This document shows, in pieces, positions 22,857 to 28,140 of a stretch of 28,140 nt of DNA (position 1 is the first letter of the stretch; each line of letters opens with the position of its first letter). A program made the position numbers and the translations under genes. The stretch is from positions 1 through 28,140 of the forward strand of contig JAFGFP010000096.1 of the NCBI GenBank assembly GCA_016931015.1, given 5' to 3'. A model generated the notes under the pieces. The model did no database searches, was not told the DNA's origin, and saw only the letters and a list, made by a program, of their open reading frames with translations. The DNA is from Dehalococcoidales bacterium (GTDB lineage: Bacteria > Chloroflexota > Dehalococcoidia > Dehalococcoidales > UBA5760).

Positions 22857-24416
22857 ATGCCGACTAATGAAGAGCTCAATGCGGAGCTTGCCGCTAAAGA
22901 GGCCGAGATTAAGGCGATGGGCGGGCCGGAACAGGTCAAAAAGCAGCACGAGCTTAACAAGCTCACCGTACGCGAGAGAATCGACCTGCTTATCGACCCG
23001 GATACCTTCACGGAAACCGGGATGCATGTGAAACACCACTGCCATCACTTCGGCCTGGACAAGGTCGACATCCCGGCCGACGGAGTGGTTACCGGCTTCG
23101 GCAAGATAAACGGGCGCACGGTATGTTGCTACGGCGAGGACTTCACCTCGCGCGGCGGCAGTCTGGGCGAGATGCACGCTTGGAAGATAGCCCGAACCAT
23201 GGACCTGGCCGCCAAGATGCGGGTGCCCGTGGTCGGTATGCTGGATACCGGCGGCGCCCGTATTCAGGAGGGCATAAACGCCCTAGACGGCTACGGCCAG
23301 ATATTCCACCGCAATACCATTTACTCCGGAATCGTGCCCCAGATAACGCTGAGCCTGGGGCCCTGCGCCGGCGGCGCGGTGTACTCCCCGGCCCTTACCG
23401 ACTGGATACTCATGGTCAAAGGATCAAGCTACCTGTATGTCACCGGCCCCGACGTTGTCAAGGCGGTGATGAGCGAGGAGGTCACCCACGAGGAGCTGGG
23501 CGGGGCCATGGTGCACAACGCCAAGAGCGGGGTGGCCCACTTCGCCTATAACAGCGACGCCGATTGCATCGCAGGCTGTAAAGAGCTGCTGAGCTACCTG
23601 CCGCAGAGTGTTTACGACGCACCGGCGGCCAGCCACCAGCCGCCGGACGACTCCCCCGACCGCACCTGCCCCGAGCTGAACGCCATCATCCCCGAAAACC
23701 CTCGCCAGGTTTACGACATGAAGCAGGTGATTAAGGCTATCGTCGACGACGGCAAGATTCTGGAGCCCCACCAGCACTACGCCCGGAACATGGTCGTCTG
23801 CTTCGCCCGTATGGACGGCTATGTCATCGGCATCATCGCCAACCAGCCCAGCTTTATGGCCGGAGTCCTCGATATTAACGCCTCGGACAAGGCCGCCCGC
23901 TTCGTCCGCTTCTGCGACGCCTTTAACATCCCCCTGCTGACACTGATTGATGTTCCCGGCTATATGCCGGGCACCCACCAGGAGTTCGGGGGGGTTATCC
24001 GTCACGGAGCCAAGCTGCTCTCCGCCTACTCCGAGGCTACCGTACCCAAGATCTCCATCTGCACCCAGAAGGCCTACGGCGGGGCCCAGATTTCGATGTG
24101 CTCCAAGTCCATCGGCGCCGACCTTTATATGGCCTGGCCCACGGCCCAGCTTGCTGTCATGGGCGCCGAAGGCGCCGCCGCCATTATCTTCCGCCGTGAA
24201 ATCGCCAAGGCCAGCGACCAGCAGGCCAAGCTCCAGGAGATGACCGAGCTGTATCGCAATACCTTCAACAACCCCTACGTGGCCGCCGCCGGCGGCTTCG
24301 TCGATAAGGTCATTAAACCCGCAGACTCACGCCGCGAGATTATTACCGCTCTGGAAGCCCTGCGCCATAAGCAGGAAGCGCGCCCCTGGAAGAAGCACGG
24401 CAACATCCCCCTGTAA
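22857..24416 (+). CDS. Acyl-CoA carboxyltransferase subunit (PccB/MmdA/transcarboxylase 12S family)
   Basis: PADGVVTG.G, DTGGARIQEG, GPCAGGAVYSPALTD, FVRFCDAFNIP, DVPGYMPG..QE.GG, KAYGGA, WKKHGNIPL. Confidence 0.95.
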   Translation: MPTNEELNAELAAKEAEIKAMGGPEQVKKQHELNKLTVRERIDLLIDPDTFTETGMHVKHHCHHFGLDKVDIPADGVVTGFGKINGRTVCCYGEDFTSRGGSLGEMHAWKIARTMDLAAKMRVPVVGMLDTGGARIQEGINALDGYGQIFHRNTIYSGIVPQITLSLGPCAGGAVYSPALTDWILMVKGSSYLYVTGPDVVKAVMSEEVTHEELGGAMVHNAKSGVAHFAYNSDADCIAGCKELLSYLPQSVYDAPAASHQPPDDSPDRTCPELNAIIPENPRQVYDMKQVIKAIVDDGKILEPHQHYARNMVVCFARMDGYVIGIIANQPSFMAGVLDINASDKAARFVRFCDAFNIPLLTLIDVPGYMPGTHQEFGGVIRHGAKLLSAYSEATVPKISICTQKAYGGAQISMCSKSIGADLYMAWPTAQLAVMGAEGAAAIIFRREIAKASDQQAKLQEMTELYRNTFNNPYVAAAGGFVDKVIKPADSRREIITALEALRHKQEARPWKKHGNIPL

Positions 24417-24461
24417 GCCGACCGGCAACAAGAAACTTTGAGAAAGTAAGGAGACCGAATC

Positions 24462-25934
24462 GTGGCCACAAAGAATCCCCTGAAGATTACCGACGTTACC
24501 TTCCGTGACGGGCACCAGTCGATACTGGCCACCCGGATGAGAACCGAAGACATGGAGGCCATCGCCGAGGAGATGAACAAGGCCGGCTTCTACTCTATGG
24601 AGGTCTGGGGCGGCGCCACTTTCGACGTCCCCACCCGCTTCCTCAACGAAGACCCCTGGCACCGGCCGCGCATCCTAAAGAAGCTGATGCCCGACACCCC
24701 CCTCCAGATGCTGCTCCGGGGACAGAACCTGGTGGGCTACCGCCACTACGCCGACGACGTGGTAACCGCCTTCGTCCACCACGCCGCCGAGGTCGGCATC
24801 GACATCTTCCGCGTCTTCGATGCCGTGAATGACGAGCGCAACTTCGAGACCGCACTCCGGGCGATTAAGGACTGCGGCAAGCACGCTCAGCTCTCTATCT
24901 GCTACTCCCTCACCGAGCGCAAGATGGGGGGCCCGGTCTACAATCTTGAATATTATGTCAACAAGGCCCGTATCCTGCAGGACATGGGCGCCGACAGCCT
25001 GTGCATCAAGGACATGGCCGGGCTTATCGCCCCTGACGATGCCTATACTCTAATCAAGTCCCTCAAGGAAGTGCTCAAGATACCGGTGCACCTGCATACC
25101 CACTACACCAGTGGCATGGCCTCGATGAGCTGCCTTAAGGCCATCGAAGCCGGAGTGGACATCATCGATACCGCCCTGGCCCCCTTCGCCTTGCGCACCT
25201 CACACCCGGCGGTGGAGCCGATTGTCGTCGCCCTGCAGGGAACCCCCAGAGACACCGGGCTTGACCTGAATCACCTCTTCAAGCTGGGGCAGTATATCGA
25301 GTCCATCGCCCCCAAGTACCGCGACTTCCTTAACACCACCCGGACCTCGGTCATCGATACCGGCGTCCTGGTACACCAGGTCCCCGGGGGCATGATTTCT
25401 AATTTGGTCGCCCAACTCAAGGAGTCCAACGCTTTAGATAGAATAGACGAGGTGTACGAAGAAGTACCGCGCGTTAGAAAAGAGCTCGGCTACCCGCCCC
25501 TGGTCACCCCGACCAGCCAGATTGTGGGGGTGCAGGCGGTGCAGAACGTCCTGGTCGGGAGATACAAGCTGGTATCGCGCCAGGTGCAGGACTACGTCTT
25601 CGGGCTCTACGGCAAGCCCCCCGCCCCCATCGACCCCGAGGTTCAGGAGCTGGTGCTCAAGCACTACCCGCGGGGAAAGACGCCCGTCACCTGCCGTGCC
25701 GCCGACTTGCTCGAGCCGGAGCTGGATAAGGCCCGAGAGCTGGTCGCCGACTTCACCCAGGACATCGGCGACGTGCTCATCGCCGCCCTCTACCCGATTA
25801 CCGGGCTGCGCTTCCTGAAGTGGAAGTACGGCCTGGAGACGCCGCCGCCGGAGATGAAAGGGAAGACCCTGGAAGACATCAAGCGTGAGGACGAGCTTAT
25901 CGCCAGAGTAAAATCCGGTAAGCCGCTAACATGA
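24462..25934 (+). CDS. Pyruvate/oxaloacetate carboxyltransferase subunit (transcarboxylase 5S/PycB/OadA-like) without a biotinyl domain
   Basis: GTG start; RDGHQS.LATRM, EVWGGATFD, MLLRGQNLVGY, CIKDMAG, LHTHYTSG, QVPGGM.SN, PPLVTPTSQIVG. No EAMKM motif. Confidence 0.93.
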   Translation: MATKNPLKITDVTFRDGHQSILATRMRTEDMEAIAEEMNKAGFYSMEVWGGATFDVPTRFLNEDPWHRPRILKKLMPDTPLQMLLRGQNLVGYRHYADDVVTAFVHHAAEVGIDIFRVFDAVNDERNFETALRAIKDCGKHAQLSICYSLTERKMGGPVYNLEYYVNKARILQDMGADSLCIKDMAGLIAPDDAYTLIKSLKEVLKIPVHLHTHYTSGMASMSCLKAIEAGVDIIDTALAPFALRTSHPAVEPIVVALQGTPRDTGLDLNHLFKLGQYIESIAPKYRDFLNTTRTSVIDTGVLVHQVPGGMISNLVAQLKESNALDRIDEVYEEVPRVRKELGYPPLVTPTSQIVGVQAVQNVLVGRYKLVSRQVQDYVFGLYGKPPAPIDPEVQELVLKHYPRGKTPVTCRAADLLEPELDKARELVADFTQDIGDVLIAALYPITGLRFLKWKYGLETPPPEMKGKTLEDIKREDELIARVKSGKPLT

Positions 25935-26085
25935 TAGAGCCCGAGCTAACCACAGGACAGGGATAAGTGCCGAATTACATAACCGGGGCTGCTCGGCGGA
26001 GCTCAAAGAGGGCGCTACAGAATCGAATACCCCACGAACGAAAATCAGGGAGCCCAAGAAGCGCCCCGTCCCCCCACAAAAACCT

Positions 26086-26112
26086 CCCCTTCCCTTTGTT
26101 AAAGGGAAGGGG
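26086..26112. repeat. Perfect 12-bp palindrome (REP-like hairpin) upstream of the HIT gene
   Basis: CCCCTTCCCTTT-GTT-AAAGGGAAGGGG, followed by AAAGAGGGGTTAGG. Confidence 0.6.
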
Positions 26113-26129
26113 AAAGAGGGGTTAGGATT

Positions 26130-26471
26130 ATGGACTGCATCTTCTGTCAGATTGCCACCGGTAAAATCCCCGGTGATATCGTCTACCAGGACGAGGAGCT
26201 GCTTGCCTTCCGGGACATTAACCCGCAGGCGCCGAAACACCTGCTTATCATCCCCAGGAAACACATCCCCTCCCTGGCCGAGTTGTCCCCGGCGGAGCTA
26301 CCCATCATCGGGAACATGGTGGCCCTGGCCCACAAGCTGGCCCAACAGGAAGGCGTCGCGGAAACCGGCTACCGCCTGGTGGTAAACTACGGCGAGTGGG
26401 GCGGGCAGGTAGTAAAGCACCTGCACCTGCACCTGCTCGGGGGTAAGAAGCTCTCCGATAAGCTCGGCTAG
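26130..26471 (+). CDS. Histidine triad (HIT/HinT) nucleotide-binding protein
   Basis: DCIFCQI, AFRDINPQAP.H, GYRLVVN.G..GGQ, HLHLHLLGG. Confidence 0.95.
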   Translation: MDCIFCQIATGKIPGDIVYQDEELLAFRDINPQAPKHLLIIPRKHIPSLAELSPAELPIIGNMVALAHKLAQQEGVAETGYRLVVNYGEWGGQVVKHLHLHLLGGKKLSDKLG

Positions 26472-27008
26472 CTAGCCGGCCTTTTTATACTCCAGATAGG
26501 TCAGCAGCCCGGCGATACTCTTGGCATCACAGATTTCACCGGAGGCGATAAGCCCGGAAATCTGCGCCGCCGATACCCGCACCAGGCTGATACCCTCGGT
26601 GTCCTCGGCAAAGAGCCGGCTGGGGGTGAGGTCGGTTGCCAGATAGAGATAGAGGTACTCCGTAGCGTAGCCCGGCGCCGAATAGAAGCCACCCAGTCTC
26701 TCCACCCGGTGGGGCAGATAGCCGGTCTCCTCCTGCATCTCACGGCTGACGGCGTCCTCCGGGCTCTCACCGGGGTCGATACCGCCGGCCGGTATCTCCA
26801 GCAAAGCCTTCTCCACCGCCTTACGGAACTGCTTCACCAGAAGCACCTTCTCCTCAGCGTCTACGGCGACAACGGCGATACAGTCGCTGTGCTCAACAAT
26901 CTCCCGCGTCGTCTCCCGGCCCCCGGAGGCTCTCACGGTATCGATTCTAAGACGCACCGCCCGGCCCTGATAGATTAAGCGGCTCGCCAGCGTCTCTTCC
27001 TCGGCCAA
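26472..27008 (-). CDS. Nudix hydrolase, ADP-ribose pyrophosphatase (NudF-like), 178 aa
   Basis: Start re-called at TTG 27008 behind GGAGG. REIVEH, LVKQFR, EIPAGGIDPGESPEDAVSREMQEETG (Nudix box), DAKSI. Confidence 0.9.
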   Translation of the reverse strand: MAEEETLASRLIYQGRAVRLRIDTVRASGGRETTREIVEHSDCIAVVAVDAEEKVLLVKQFRKAVEKALLEIPAGGIDPGESPEDAVSREMQEETGYLPHRVERLGGFYSAPGYATEYLYLYLATDLTPSRLFAEDTEGISLVRVSAAQISGLIASGEICDAKSIAGLLTYLEYKKAG

Positions 27009-27013
27009 ACTAA

Positions 27014-27475
27014 CTAGACCTCCGGGTGGTAGATAAGGGCTACCTCGTCGCAGTTGGGGAACTTGGGACAGCGAAAGCACTCCGTCCAGACCTTGTGCGG
27101 AAGCTCCATCTTATCCACCTGGGAAAAACCGAGCCGCTTAAAGAAGTCTGGTTTATAGGTAAGGCAAAAGATGGTGCTTATGCCCAGCTCTTTGGCTTCG
27201 TCGAGGCAGGACTTCACCAGCTGGTCGCCAATGCCATGCAGCTGGCTGCCCTCGGCGACCGCCAGCGACTTTATCTCCGCCAGGTCTTCCCACATGATGT
27301 GGAGCGCCACGCAGGCGATAACCTCATCGCCCTCTTTGACCACGAAGTAGTCCCGGATGTTCTCGTACATCTCGCTTAAGGGGCGCGCCAGCATCTCGTT
27401 CTTATCGGCGAAGTGGTTGATTAAATGGTGCATCTGGCCGACGTCTTTAATGCACGCCTTTTCTATCTTGGCCAC
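27014..27475 (-). CDS. argA: Short GNAT amino-acid N-acetyltransferase (ArgA-like)
   Basis: IN.FA....ML.R, YENIRDY, LAEIKSLAV, IFCLTYKP.FF, LPHKVW.EC..C.KF..CDE. Confidence 0.75.
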   Translation of the reverse strand: MAKIEKACIKDVGQMHHLINHFADKNEMLARPLSEMYENIRDYFVVKEGDEVIACVALHIMWEDLAEIKSLAVAEGSQLHGIGDQLVKSCLDEAKELGISTIFCLTYKPDFFKRLGFSQVDKMELPHKVWTECFRCPKFPNCDEVALIYHPEV

Positions 27476-28140
27476 CTAACGTTTTCCTTTCAACCTTCGT
27501 TCCAAGGAGCTGTAAAAGGTCGCCCTGGGATGAATCCTTAAGAAACGCGTCTTATGAGCGCTCCGCCTCACGGTCAGGGTCGCCCGGCTCGACAGGGGCA
27601 GGTTTATGTGCCCGTCGAGGCTCAGGGTCGCCTGGTGAAGGGTGCTGATAGTCATACTGACCACCGACTCGGCCGGTAACACCAGGGTATAAGCCAAACT
27701 GAGGTGAGGCAGGATGGGAAGCAGCAGAAACTCCCCGGCCTGCGGGTGCAGAATCGGGCCTCCGGCCGACAGCGAGTAGCCGGTGCTGCCCGTAGCCGTA
27801 GCCAGAATCACCCCGTCGGCCTTGTAGGTAGTCAGCGGCTCGTCATCAATCCGGGCCTCGACGCGAATCATGCGGGCTATCTCCCCCCGCGCCACCACCA
27901 CATCGTTGAGAACACAGAATATCGATGGAGTCTCCTTGTCCTGCGCCCGGAACTCCGCCTCGAGCATGTTCCGCTCGTCGAGCCACCCCTCACCCGCCAG
28001 TAGCTCGGGGAGCCGCTCCTTAGCCTCACCGACGCTGAGCTCGGTCATGAAACCCAGCCGGCCCAGGTTTATCCCGGTAATCGGGATGGAGCGGGCCGCC
28101 GCCACCTGAGCCGCGCGCAGGATGGTACCGTCGCCGCCCA
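27476..28140 (-). CDS. nadK: NAD kinase; 5' end lies beyond the right window edge
   Basis: The frame extends to the edge with GGDGTILRAA; also GINLGRLGF, LNDVV, ADGVILATATGSTGYSLSAGGP. Confidence 0.95.
   Translation of the reverse strand, partial: GGDGTILRAAQVAAARSIPITGINLGRLGFMTELSVGEAKERLPELLAGEGWLDERNMLEAEFRAQDKETPSIFCVLNDVVVARGEIARMIRVEARIDDEPLTTYKADGVILATATGSTGYSLSAGGPILHPQAGEFLLLPILPHLSLAYTLVLPAESVVSMTISTLHQATLSLDGHINLPLSSRATLTVRRSAHKTRFLRIHPRATFYSSLERRLKGKR

Noticed and set aside
25932-25937. Selenocysteine readthrough at the TGA stop of the 5S-like gene
   Set aside because: TGA is followed immediately by TAG and there is no catalytic Cys/Sec context.
25926-26264. A biotin-carrier gene or remnant after the 5S-like gene
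   Set aside because: No biotinylation motif was seen here. The 11-codon ORF at 25931 and the 112-aa minus-strand ORF look spurious.

Overview
Gene-dense, GC-rich bacterial window. The protein families and promoter style suggest an anaerobic Chloroflexota (Dehalococcoidia-like) genome; this is inference only. From left to right: (1) a BaeS/BaeR-like two-component pair transcribed divergently from a five-repeat Ig-fold lipoprotein; (2) a DUF4314-like protein, a triple zinc-ribbon/coiled-coil protein and a ~710 bp non-coding gap; (3) a six-gene corrinoid methyltransfer cluster (MetH activation-domain protein, two non-pyrrolysine MttB-family proteins, corrinoid protein, long SAM methyltransferase, and an AsnB-like amide ligase whose glutaminase motifs are degenerate); (4) a WtpABC tungstate/molybdate transporter behind a Moco riboswitch, plus mop; (5) a same-strand run of UspA, hemerythrin-like, three ferritin-like, tandem PRC-barrel, orphan Lpd-like and DOMON genes; (6) housekeeping genes (Trm112, queD, folK, 12S- and 5S-like carboxyltransferases, HIT, Nudix, ArgA-like GNAT, NAD kinase). 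The two best leads are the corrinoid/SAM/amide-ligase cluster, a candidate undescribed methylated-amine pathway, and an 11-bp tandem-repeat motif found upstream of the response regulator, the Ig lipoprotein and wtpA, a candidate unreported regulon. No tRNA, rRNA, CRISPR array or transposase was seen. All calls come from reading motifs by eye; no database searches were run.
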